A DNA stretch of 34,869 nucleotides from assembly GCF_001194135.2 (NCBI RefSeq), contig NC_069004.1, forward strand, positions 32,183,564 through 32,218,432. The letters are read 5' to 3'. Positions 10,882 through 23,400 of the stretch are shown here, piece after piece; the stretch's first letter is position 1; every line of letters begins with the position of its first letter. Both the position numbers and the translations under genes were made by a program. Origin of the DNA: Octopus bimaculoides (taxonomy: Eukaryota). The notes under the pieces were generated by a model. That model had not been told where the DNA came from. It saw only the letters and a list, made by a program, of their open reading frames with translations, and ran no database searches.

Positions 10882-11290
10882 CAAATTCTAATTATCGAGG
10901 GTACCTGTGGAAGGGGTAGACCCAGGAAGATGCAGGACGACGTGGTGAGAAAGGATCTTCAGATGCTGGTCCTTATTGAGGAAATGACAAAGAACCAGGA
11001 TTTGTGATGTCATTCATACATACAGGCTTGTCCATTACAGGCGCCAGTGCCACATAAAATGCACTTGTATTGGTGCTGGATAGAGTCACACCCACGCCAG
11101 TGGCATATAAGAAGAACCCAGGTCACTCTGTAAAGTGGCCAGCATTAGGAAGGGCATCCAGCCATAGAAACCATGCCACAACAGTAAATTGAAGTCTGGA
11201 CAGTTCTTCAGCTGGCCGGCTTCATGTTAAACTGTCCAACCTATGCCAGCATGGAAAACAGATGTTAAAAGATGATGATGACGATGATGT
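10882..11290 (+). mobile_element. RTE-clade LINE 3' fragment
   Basis: Encodes IIEGTCGRGRPRKMQDDVVRKDLQML..EEMTK, the RTE ORF2 C-terminal GRPRK motif, followed by the family 3' UTR and (GAT)n tail. Confidence 0.75.
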
Positions 11291-11761
11291 ATTTATAAAA
11301 TCTGATATATCATCAATAAAAATCAAAAGGATGATTATGTTGAGACCTGACCATACTGGGGCACCACCTTGAAGAGTTTAATCAAACTGATAGGCCCCGG
11401 TACTTATTTTTGTTCTTTTGTTTTCAGTCTCGTACTTACTGTATCAGTCTCTTTTGCCAAACTGTTATGACACAGGGATACAGGGAGCGGAGTGTATACA
11501 TAAATACAAAGATACACACTTATATACAGATCCAAAATTATCTCGGAATAATGCATGAATAAAATAATACTGAAATCAGACACAAACCGAAGAGAAAATG
11601 GAGAAAGTTTTATTGAAAACCTGATGTCTTAAACTGATGGTTTTAACAGCCAAGCAAGATTTAATCTTTTGTGTGTGTGTGTGTGTGTGTGTATCATACT
11701 AATTCCCCCCCCCCCATACACACACTCATACAAACTTTCATTTCTCATAAACAAAATTGTA

Positions 11762-11978
11762 TATAGTTATAGGCGGAGTTAAAGAATATACACACCACCC
11801 GTTTTCGGCGTAACCCTAACCACTGGGTGTGCTAATTCCTTACTTCGCCCAATTTTAACATATATATAACTATGGCGAAGGTTAAAGAATGCGCACACTC
11901 GGTGGTTAAGGTTAGGATTAGAGTTACGCCGAAAACGGATGGTGTACGTATCCTTTACCTCCGCCTAAAATTGTATGT
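11762..11978. mobile_element. About 220-bp palindromic (foldback) MITE
   Basis: Left half ggcggagttaaagaat..ccgttttcggcgtaaccctaacc is the reverse complement of right half ..gttacgccgaaaacggatggtg..cctttacctccgcc. Confidence 0.8.
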
Positions 11979-12432
11979 AGTTATCTTATAAGATATTCAA
12001 GAGCACTGCAACTACTCGGATAGAGACCAACGGACGGATAGAAACTAGCAATAAATCACGTAAATACAAAACGAGCTAAAAGTACAGGGGAAAGAACTCT
12101 ATAACATGAGTCTGGAATTTCTTCCCATCACCTCTCTCGAAGAGCAGCAAATTTGGTCAAATCAAACACTCGTCCGTTTCAGTATTTCCCTGTACAAAAA
12201 CTGCAATAGATATATGGATGTCACATTATAATTATACATTTCGATAACATTAAAGGGTAATTTTTTTTTTTACATTTATTCAATTATTGTTTTTCATATA
12301 AAAAAAAAATGTTTTACCAGAAAAAGAATCAGGGGAGAGAATGTTATTGATCTCCATTTTTCCAGCGGAAAATTATAAACCGAATATCGTGTTATTTTGT
12401 TCCACTCTGTATAATTTCATTTCGTTTAACAG

Positions 12433-12534
12433 CTTCGTTTCAATTTCAGAGAGATTGACCCAAGATATGGACTCCTTGGTTTAGAGTTAATTCCCCTTCG
12501 TAATTCTATTTGTCGTCATGTAGCGCTCTCTTAA
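12433..12534 (+). CDS. Putative terminal exon of the same gene (LRFNFREIDPRYGLLGLELIPLRNSICRHVALS*)
   Basis: Acceptor tttaacag (alternative aatttcag at 12450); phase 0 matches the 10368 donor; TAA at 12532-12534; AATAAA at 12574-12579. Confidence 0.35.
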   Translation, partial: LRFNFREIDPRYGLLGLELIPLRNSICRHVALS

Positions 12535-12702
12535 CAACCGGTGCGCCGTTACTTAAATACCGAAAAAAAAGACAATAAAAAAAAAACGATGTTTCCTTTG
12601 AATTTATAACGATTCATAAAATGTCATAAATATTTCAGAATATGTAAATTATATAATAGATGTTAATTGTTAAATTTTATTTTGATATTGTTTTGTTTCT
12701 TC

Positions 12703-12910
12703 AAGGCGGCGAGCAGGTAGAATCGATACCACGTCGGAAAAATTGCTTAGTGGCATTTCTTCTCTACTTGACGTTCTGAGTTCAAATTCCGCCGAGGTCG
12801 ACTTCCCTTTCCATCCTTTCGTGGGTTGATTAAATAAATATCAACTGATATAATCGACTTGCCCCTCCCCAGAAATCACACTGGCCTTGTGCTAAGATTT
12901 GAAACCTATA
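12703..12910 (+). mobile_element. SINE family A
   Basis: Head ggcggcgagc, intact core ttccgccgaggtcgac. Confidence 0.8.
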
Positions 12911-13669
12911 TTTATTTTGCTTTTATACAACAAAAAGTACACAAAATCTTAAGACATAAATAATGTTTAAATTCATGGTCAATAACTATAACGTTTTTGA
13001 AAATTTATATTCATTTCTATTTATATATTCCAAGTTCTAATCTCATTATCAATTAATGTTTACTTTTAAATTGTTTTATACCAAGCCACACCTATTATCC
13101 GGAGAGTTTAGGACCTGAAGTAGACTGGGTTTCTGGATTTTCCGGTTTTCTGAAGACAGCATAAATATATACTTAAAATATAAAATAAACTAGGAAAAGC
13201 GAAGAACTAAATTATATTTAACAGATTCAAATTAATACACTTCTAAAGCAGAGACTGTTTGACATTTATTGATCCACTTAAACTTCTTAAAATATATTAT
13301 ACTGTACCCATGTATAAAACATAATATTTATGGGATGAAAATTAAATGAAGAAAAATTAAGAACATGATTTTATTTAACAAATACAGGTACAAATTAATA
13401 AAATTTTAATGCAGAGTATTTTAAATCTTTATCAATCCACTTAAAAATGTAACCACCACAACTATTTTTAACACAGCGAATGCAAATTAACCAACTTCAG
13501 AAACAGGGTCTGTTTACTCAATACAGGGTATAGAATATTGCAGGGAATTACAGACCATTTTCGGACTTCTGGAAACCAGATAAGTGGTCAGGTCGTGTGT
13601 TAGTGACAATTTTAGCCAGAATTACACAAGGGATTTTATTGTGTCTACACCGTTTATTGCAAGACTGTC

Positions 13670-13799
13670 ATGGAAATCGTTATCCAAATATGTTTCATAA
13701 TTGGTCTCAGTGTCCGATTTTGGCTTTTCAAGACAAATTTTCCGGCTTGGTTATCATCTCGAGTGGAAATATCGACACCCCTAACATCATGGAAACGGA
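13670..13799 (+). CDS. PIGU: PIGU exon 1 (MEIVIQ...TPLTSWKR, 130 nt)
   Basis: ATG in gtcATGG context; donor A|gtaagt at 13800; phase 1. Confidence 0.95.
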
Positions 13800-16700
13800 G
13801 TAAGTCTCATTTGTTTTATTTTCAAGTATTTAACACCCACTTAACTCAAATGTCTGAGGGTAGCCGGATATATTTTTTGGAAATTTAATAAATATTCAGC
13901 TTTAAAGCGAATATCTTTAAAAAGGTTCTTAAAGTATCGTGTATTTTATTCCTCGTTGTTTTATTGGGGTTCTTATAAACAAACTCTGATCACTCGTAGA
14001 CGTCGTATATAATATATTTTAGCGTTTGTCTTTTGTTTTCTGGAAAATCTCCCTAAAGAAATTGTTGCAGAGACCAAAGCTATCGAAATCTGCAAATTTT
14101 AAATTAGAATTCACTTTTAATTAGCATTACCAATGCTGGTTATTGGCATTTAGTGTGGATATTTTGGTATCTATTTTATTGCAGAACATTTATTAGTCAC
14201 TTTTGTTGTTTAGCATCATTCTGACTTGATGGAGCCGGCTTATGATGAAAGACATTCCATACATGATCACCATGTCTTTCTGGTAAATTTTTACCGTCTT
14301 TTTTCCCTATATGCAAGGAATCCGAAACCTCATTGTCCCAATACTCTGTCTCCTGAGGCTGAGCTAGTTTGATTCGAAAAGAAACTTGGCTGCTAGAAAT
14401 AGCAGCAAAAACTGTTTCAAATTTAAAAGAAAGGAAAGAAAAATATTCTTTTCTACTCAATGCACAAGGCCCGAAATTTGGGGGAAGGGGGCCAGTCGAT
14501 TAGATCGATCTCAGTGCACAACTGGTACTTAATTTATCGACTCCGAAAGGATGAAAGGCAAAGTCGACCTCGGCGGAATTTGAACTCAGGACGTAAAAAT
14601 AGACGAAATACCGCTAAGGGTTTCGCCCGGCGTGCAAACGTTTCTGCCAGCTCGCCGCCTTAGGAAAGAAAAATATTGGATAATGTTGTGCGATACACTG
14701 CACCAGAAAATAACTAAATAAACGATGGAGTGGTTACGGTTGGATTGCCTTTCATCATAGGTCTGCTCAATCAGGCTGACTTGGGGCTCAACAACAACAC
14801 TTCAGTATTTCAGAATAAATCACAACTGATTGTAAACAGCAGTTTAACGTCCAGCATTTAATATTTGGTACTACTAAAGCAGCGCAGTCGCGCGTCCGGG
14901 TCCGTGCTGCTTTAGTAGTACCTTAATATTTTACGTTAAAAAAGGGCGGCGAACTAACAGAATCGTTTGCACGCCGGGCAAAAAGTTCAGCGGCATTTCT
15001 TCGGTCTTAACGTTCCGAGTTCAAATTGCACCGAAGTCGACTTTGCTTTCATCGTTCCGGAATCGAGCATAGGGAGTCAATGTAATCGACCGCCCACCAC
15101 CACCACCACCACCTCAACTTCCGAACTTGTTGGCTTTGTGCCAAAATTTGAAACCGAAAGAAAGAGAGAGGGAAACAAAGTAACTGACGAAATTGAAAAT
15201 GTAGTTAATCCACAATGGATGACGTGTTTCGGCATGTGATAAGTTCTGTTAATACTACTACTAATAATAATGGTAATACTATTTTCTACTATACGCACAA
15301 GGCCTGAAATTTGGGGGAGAGAAATGAAATAGTTGATTACATCGACTCCAGTACTTATTTTACTGTCCCCGGAAGGATAAAAGGCAATGTCGACTTTGGC
15401 GGAATTTGAACTATGAGCATAGCGACAGACGACATACCATTAAGTATTTCGCTCAGCATTTCGACATACCATTAAGTATTTCACTCAGCATGCTAACAAT
15501 TCTCTCAGGTCACCGCCGAAATAATAACAATAATAATAATCGTTTCTACTCTAGGCACAAGGCCTGAAATTTGCAGGGAGGGGCCAGTCGATTACATCGA
15601 CCCCAGTGTTTCACTGGTACTTAATTTATTGATCCCGAAAGGATAAAAGACGAAGTCGACCTCAGCGGAATTTGAAATCAGAGCGTAAAGACATGAAATG
15701 CCTGGCGTGCTAACGATTCTGCCAGCTTGTCACCTTAATAATGATGATGATGATGATGACGATAACGATAACGACGACGCGCCGACGCCGCCATCAGTAA
15801 CAAGTTGTTATTGTTGTATAAATGGAAATGAACTCAGACCATGCCAGTAAAAAAAGACAGTTGAAATATGAAATATATTGTTAGAAATATATTTACTGCA
15901 CAGCTGTTTCTCTATGGTGACATTAAAAAAAATGCAATATTTCCAAGTGATAATATATGTGTGTGTGTTGTCATGGCTATGTGGTTAAGATGCTTGTTTT
16001 GCGAGCACCTGGTTTTGAGTTCAGGCTTACTCTGAAGCACTATGGGTTGGTTTCTTCAAATATAGCCTTGGACCAATGAATGCCTTGTGAGTGAACTTGG
16101 TTGACAGAAACTGTGTGGAAGAGTGCTGTGTGTGTGTGTACCACTGACACTATTACTGCCTAATAACAGGTGTTGCTTTGTTATATCCCTGCACCTTGTC
16201 TGTTTGGCAATAGACACTGAATAAATGAATGCCAGATTTTTAACAAATAAGTCAGGAAGGGCATCCAGCTGTAGAAACATTGCCAGATCAGATTGGAGCC
16301 TGGTGCAGCCTCCTGGCTTGCCAGTCCCCAGTCAAACTGTCCAACCCATGCCAGCATGGAAAACGGACGTTAAACGATGATGATGATGAGGAGGTCCTTG
16401 GGTCCGTTTATTCAACTGAAACCATGCCCTAGCATGCCCACAGTCAAATGACTGAAAGAAAAATAAAATAAAAAAACAGATAAAAGATTATTTTAAAATT
16501 AAAATAAATTTCTCATATTACATAACCACCACCCCACTCCCATAACTACTTTCTCATCTCTTCCCCTTCCTCTGCCTTATTTTCCCCCTCTCTATGTGCA
16601 CAGTATTCCTTTGTTCATTGCCTGCACCAAGCCGCGTTTGTGCACTCAACCTACACCCCTTACCTAAACTCTTTCTCTCATTTTTACTCGCTCTTTATAT

Positions 16701-18512
16701 ATATGATAGCAAGCATGACAGGAGATCAACCAACCAACATTTATATCAGCTTTAATAGATATATCATCATCATCATCGTCATTTAACGTCCGTTTTCCAT
16801 GCTGGCATGGGTTGAGCAGTTTCACAAGTTGATAAAATTCACTCATAAGGAATCAGTTGGCCTGGAGCTGTCCTAGAAGACACTTGCCCGAGGTGCTGTG
16901 CAGTGGGGTCGAGCCTGAGACCATGTGGTTGTGAAGCAAAATTCTCAATCGCACAGCCATGTTTGTGCAGAGAGAGTAAATACTTTGGTAGAAAATTGAA
17001 CCTGGGCTGCTTGTGTGGTAGGCAGGTGCTTCTACCATTGAACCACTGGTGCTTGATCGAGATACCAACTGAGAAGCTGTCCAGGTTCCATGTCGGTTTT
17101 GGCTTGGTTCCTATGCCTGGGTGCCTTTCCTAATGCCAACCACTTTACAGAGTGTACTGGGTGTTTTTTACCAGGGCTGTGGAGTCAGTCAGAAACAAGG
17201 GGTAGCTGGAGTCAGAGTCTGTAAAACTATACTGACTCCAACTCACAATGTCTTTATTCTTTAATATAAACCAGTTCTAACATCTAGGCTTACTCAAAGT
17301 ACAAGCATATGCTTTATGAGATATGTAGACCACAATCAATTACATGAAGAGGAGTCAGAGTCACCAATGGTAGAGGAGTCGGAGTCAAAGCTTTTTGTTT
17401 CGACTCCACAGTTTTACACAACACCAGCATGGGTGCTTTTGCATGGCACCAGCAAGACTAGGGACACTCAGCAAGAGTTTAAATACATTCTGAGTTCAAA
17501 TTCCACCGAGGTCAACTTAGCCTTTCATTCTTTCGGGGTCGATAAAATAGGTACCAGTTGAACACAGGGGTCAGTGTAATCAACTCATCCCCTCCCCAAA
17601 ATTGTTGCCCTTGTGGCAAAATTTGAAACCATTATTATTATTATTATTATTATAATAAAGGTGGTGAACTGGCAGAATTGTTAGCGCGCTAGACGAAATG
17701 CTTAGCGGTATTTTGCTTGTTGCTATATTCTGAGTTCAAATTCTGCTGAGGTTGACTTTGCTTTTCATTTTTTGGGGGTCAATAAACTAAGTACCAGTGA
17801 AACACTGGAGTCAATGTAATCGACTTGCCCCCTCCCCCAAAATTTCAGGCCTTGTGTCTATAGTAGAAAGGATTATTATTATTATTATTATGATTATTAT
17901 TATTTTTATTATTTTCTTCTTCTTTCAGTGATGGAAGGTGTCTTTCTCACAAGAGAAAATATCTCCCCGTATTCTGGGGATCTTTTTCATGAGGTAATTT
18001 TTCTAAAGTCATTCTTTTCGATTCTTGCTTTATTTATTATCAGTTGGAAGAGATCAACAGAAAGTAACAAGTTCAAATTCCACTGAGGTTGACTTTGCTT
18101 TCATCCTTTTGGGGTCAATAAATTAAGTACCAGTTACACACTGGGGTTGATGTAATTGACTCATCTCCTCTCCCAAAATTTCAGGCCTTGTGCCTATAGT
18201 AGAAAGGATTCTTCTTCTTCTCCTCCTTCTTCTTTTTCTTCTCATTATTATTATTATTATCTCTTTCAGACACCTCTTATGTTGAAATTCTCAAATGTTA
18301 TGCTGGGAATATTTGGACAGAGTGACTATCTTGTGTTCCTGGTAAGTTTTCCTGAAACTAATCTTATTGCTGTTGTTGACGTGGTAGTCTTCAGAGAGAG
18401 AGAGAGAGAGAGGGTTACATCAGGAACATGTTTAATAATAAATACATGGATCTTGTAAGGAACTAACTGAACTGGATCAACATCCAAAATCAACAGATGT
18501 ATGTATGTGTAC

Positions 18513-18551
<39 letters not shown>

Positions 18552-18772
18552 TGGCTCTGTGGTTAAATTGTTGGGCTCACAATCATGAAGTAGTGAGTTC
18601 GATTCTGGATCAGGCTGTGTGTTGTGTTCTTGAGCAAGACACTCTATTTCACATTGCTCCAGTTCGCTCATCTGTAGAAATGAGTTGCGATGTCACTGGT
18701 ACCAAGCTGTATCAGTCTTTGCCTTTCCCTTGGATAATATTGGTGGCATGGAGAGGGGAGGCTGGTATGCAT

Positions 18773-18840
<68 letters not shown>

Positions 18841-20397
18841 TATATAAAGCCTAAACGAGGTTGTGTGCGCATGTGTTTATTCTCCCACCACCACTTGTCA
18901 ACCAGTGTTGGTTTGTTTATATCCCTGTAACAATAACTGTTCGGCGAAAGCGACTGCCAAAGTACCAGGCTTAAAAAACAAATAAGCACTGAAGTTGATT
19001 TATTCAACACATCCACTTAGAATACATAGATGTACATAGGTACATGTGTGTGTGTGTGTGCGTGTTAACATTGCCAATCATTTAAATACATCTGTTGTTT
19101 TCTCTCTATTTGTTTTGTTGTTTTTTTTTTTACCTTCAGGCCATTGATGCTATTACAGGAGTTCTTCTAATGAAAATAGCTAAGCTTTTTGCCCGATATC
19201 TGGTGAGTGATTGTCCTCGTGTTTCTGTTGCTTAATTAATGGCCTGTCGTTAATTCTAAACCTGTCAGAAGTGTGTTGTGTTAAATTGACTGCACGTCAT
19301 TTTTGAATATGATTGATTGGTTCGTGCCAACATGTGTTTCTTTTGCCAGCATGGAAGACGGACATTTAACAACAACAACAACAATGATGATGATGATGAA
19401 GATATTGGTGGCTAGGACGTTTGTTGAGCTTGATGCATGACCCAGTTATTGAAAGACATATTGGGACAAATGGGTTTCAGGCGATTTTGGTGGTGGTGGT
19501 GGTGGTAGTGGTGGTTAGGAGGAAGCAGAATTGTTAGCAGTGAGCTGGCAGAATCGTTAGCACACCGGGCGAAATGCTTAGTGGTATTTCGTCTGCTGTT
19601 ACGTTCTGAGTTCAAATTCCGCCGAGGTCGACTTTGCCTGTCATCCTTTCGGGGTTGATAAATTTGCTACCAGTTACGCACTGGGGCCGATGTAATCGAT
19701 TTAATCCATTTGTCTGTCCTTGTTTGTCCCCTCTAATGTTTAGCCCCTTGTGGGCAATAAAGAAATAAAAATTGTTATCACGCCAGACGAAATATTTAGC
19801 AGCGTTTTGTCCATCTTCACATTCTAAGTTCATATTGAGATTGACACAATCAACTCTTCTGCCTCTCACCACCACCACCACCACCACAAATTTCAGGCCT
19901 TGTGTCTGTAGCAGAAAGCATCATCAACTTTATTCTCATTTTGTAAACGCCGCCTGCCCCCCGCCGCCGCCTCCCTGCTCCTGAATTATTCATTGCAATC
20001 CTCTTCCTCTTCCAGCTTCAAAAACAATCCAATGATGTTGATACTTATTCGAAAGATGCAGCACCCATCCTTTTGAAGGCAGAAAATTTAAAGAAATTGC
20101 AAGTGTTTATAGTTGCAGTGTAAGTATATCATTGACTTGTTTCAGGTCACCACACTGTGCCCATGCTGGAGTACTGCCTTAAAGAGCTTTAGTTGAACAA
20201 ATCAACTGCAGTACTTATTTAGTATTTTGTTGGCACTACAGTGAATTAGGATTAACTAATCTTTTATTCACTCTAGTGCCTATTAGCAACGTGCCTTAAG
20301 GATTTCTTTTCTTGTGGTTTGGGTTTAACTGCCCTTTTTAGCATGTAAGAAGTCTCATGAAGGTTCTTCTCGCCATGTATAAAGATTTATACAGTCT

Positions 20398-20432
<35 letters not shown>

Positions 20433-23400
20433 ATTCTTTTTCTCACGTAAATTTTGTATGTGGCTTTTATTACCCCTTGGTTGGCATTTACCCTTTGTCA
20501 GTGTGTCCCATTAATTTGTCCAAGTTTTGCTGTCTATAATAAAATGTTTAGTAAAATTGTTTTCTTTTCTTTCTTTCTTTTTTTTTTTAATCTTTTCCAG
20601 GCATTTCTTGAATCCATACAGTATTGGAGTGTGTTTAGCCAGATCAACTGGAATAATCCATAATTTTTTAATTCTGTTGGCTTTCTACTGGACTGCTAAA
20701 GGTTCGTTCATCTTCAAAATTCTTCAGCATAAACACATACACCACACATACACATTTGTATATTTTATCCATGCATGTATGCATGCACACACACACACAC
20801 ACACACACACACGCATACATACATACTCTCATGCACTCACTCACTCTGTCTCTCTCTCTCTTTCTCTCTACAGCCAACATGATTTTATCCACCTTCTGCC
20901 TGGCAATGGCTACTTATGAATGTTTCTACCCCGTAGTGCTCTGTGTCCCAGCGGCTCTATATTTCTACCAGGTTAGTATTCTTTCTCTCTCTCTCTCTCT
21001 CTTACTACCATTAATCCATCAGGACTCTCTAACTCTGAAAGTCTTTATGCGGTTGGTCAAACAGCTAAAAACAGCAGCCAAATCTATGTCAGATCACACA
21101 CATACTATCACCTTAAGAAAAATAAAGAACACCTTAGATAATGCAGCCCAAGGTAGACTGTGCTGAGAAAAATATAAGACAAGATGACCACAGCTAAAGT
21201 ATCATAGATTGTTGCTTTACTTAATTGAGGCTGGTTTGGAGATGAATGACAGAGCTATGTGATGCCAAGCATATATTTACCCTGATTCTCTTAGCACTAT
21301 GTAATGATAGTGTTCAGCAATTATCACTATTGTTATTATTATTATTATTATAATTATGGTGGTGAGCTGGCAGAATCATTAGCACACTGGACAATACCCT
21401 TAGTATTTCGCCCATCATTACGTTCAGAGTTCAAATTCCACCAGGTCAACTTTGCCCTTTCAGGGTTGATAAATTAAGTATCAGTTGCATACTGGGGTTG
21501 ATGTAATCGACTGGCCCCCCCCTTCTCATAAATTTCAGGCCTTGTGCCTACAGTAGAAAGGATTATTGTTTATTATTATTATTATTATTATTATTACCTC
21601 CGCCTTAGTGAAGGCAGAAGTATTGTTTTCAGTCTTGTCTGTTTGTCCATCATTCTTTCATTTATATTTTCCATGTTGGCATCGGTTACACAGACACACA
21701 TATATGATGATCGTCCACTTGTGACTGAAGGCAACTATCCTTGACCATTGCCCGTGCAGCGTTCCGGCTCTTTACATTCTGATTTCAAATGTTGCTGAAG
21801 TGACTTTGCTTTACATCCTTTTGGGGAGGAGGCGCAATAGCCCATTGGTCAGGGCAGTGGACTCACGGTCATAGGATCGCGGTTTCGATTCCCAGACCGG
21901 GCGTTGTGAGTGTTTATTGAGTGAAAACACCTAAAGTTCTATGAGGCTCCAACAGGGGGTGGTGGCAAACCCTGCTGTACTCTTTCACCACAACTTTCTC
22001 TCACTCTTACTTCCTGTTTCTGTTGTGCCTGTATTTCAAAGGGGCCAGCCTGTGTCACTTTGTGTCATGCTGAATATCCCCGAGAACTACGTTAAGGGTA
22101 CACGTGTCTGTGGAGTGCTCAGCCACTTGCACATTAATTTCACAAGCAGGCTGTTCCGTTGATCGGATCAACTGGAAGCCTCGACGTCGTAAGCAACGGA
22201 GTGCCAACAACTTTTGGGGTAGATAAAAATGAGTAGCTGTTAAGCACCACCACCACCACCACCACTTCTGCTGTTGCTTGATCTCAAAGATCATATCCAT
22301 ATTTTAAATACATTTGTGTTTCATGTTTTTTTCTTCTTCTTCCTCTATTTCCAGTATGATTGCTATCAAAAGAAAAACACAGACTCAAACACCACATCTA
22401 GTTCGCCATATTTTATAAAAACATTCATCCTTTTTGTATTTTGGTTAAGCCTGCTGTTCAGTATTTCTTTCATGCTACAAGACTCCCTGCAGTTCTTTAA
22501 TTCCATTTATGGATTCATGTAAGTACTTTTCTTTCTTCTTCTCCTCCTCCTTCTCAACTTTGTTTGTGTCGTTTAACCTCCAGTCGGCCTTGATTGGGGT
22601 AACTATGAGACATTCCAACTATACATATATATATATATATTTAATATTCTGTGTAAATCACCTTGCCTAACTTGCTTCTCATTAGATTTACTCATATATA
22701 TATATGTATAAAAAGGTAAAGACCCCGGTTGGTCAAGAATGACCATGGGATTGCACCTAGAAAGTTCCCCTCCGAGCCACAAGTCTGGGCAAGGTTGTAT
22801 ATGGAAGACCAGTAGTTGCCCATGCATACCAGCCTCCCTTCTCCATGCCACCAATGTTATCCAAAGGAAAGGCAAAGGGGCTGATACAGCTTGGCACTAG
22901 TGACATTGCAACTCATTTCTACAGCTGAGTGAACTGGAGCAATGTGAAATAAAGTGTCTTGCTCAAGAATGGAACACACAGTTCAGTCCAGGAATCAAAC
23001 TCACTACTTCATGATTGTGAGCCCCAAAGTTCTAAGCACTGAGCCATGCGCCTTCACAACTATATATGTATATAGGAATGGCTGTGTCAGTGATGGTTTC
23101 CCTTTGTCACACAAGTGAACGACCATTATCATCATCATCATCATATATGTGTCTGTGTAACTCATGCCAACATGGAAAATACACATTAAAAAGTGATGAT
23201 ATATATATGTATGTATGTATATATACACACACACACAAATCCCTCAACTAAATTTTAAAGAATTTTCTAGAAATTTTGTCTTTCTCTTCGTCCCATTTTA
23301 CCCCTACTTTCCTTTCTCTCTTTTGTAGATTCACAGTTCCAGATTTGACACCAAACATTGGTGTCTTCTGGTATTTCTTCACTGAGATGTTTGAACACTT

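Noticed and set aside
11811-11825. TAACCCTAACC telomere-like motif
   Set aside because: Fewer than two repeats and internal to a MITE; not an interstitial telomeric array.
13535-13575. Possible ZNF143/SBS-like (ctgtaattccctgca, minus strand) and ETS-like (acttctgg) promoter motifs
   Set aside because: Only partial matches. Position is plausible but chance cannot be excluded without TSS data.
14392-14404. GCTAGAAATAGCA, identical to part of the Cas9 sgRNA scaffold
   Set aside because: Only 13 nt. The gaaatagcagc motif recurs as part of an endogenous repeat (4516, 9145) and no other scaffold or vector sequence is adjacent.
19210-19330. Search for intronic C/D or H/ACA snoRNAs in unique PIGU intron sequence
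   Set aside because: No convincing box C/D pair with a terminal stem, and no H/ACA double hairpin, found by eye.
21830-21900. tRNA-like sequences at SINE heads
   Set aside because: A/B boxes are present but there is no closed cloverleaf, and each continues into a SINE body.
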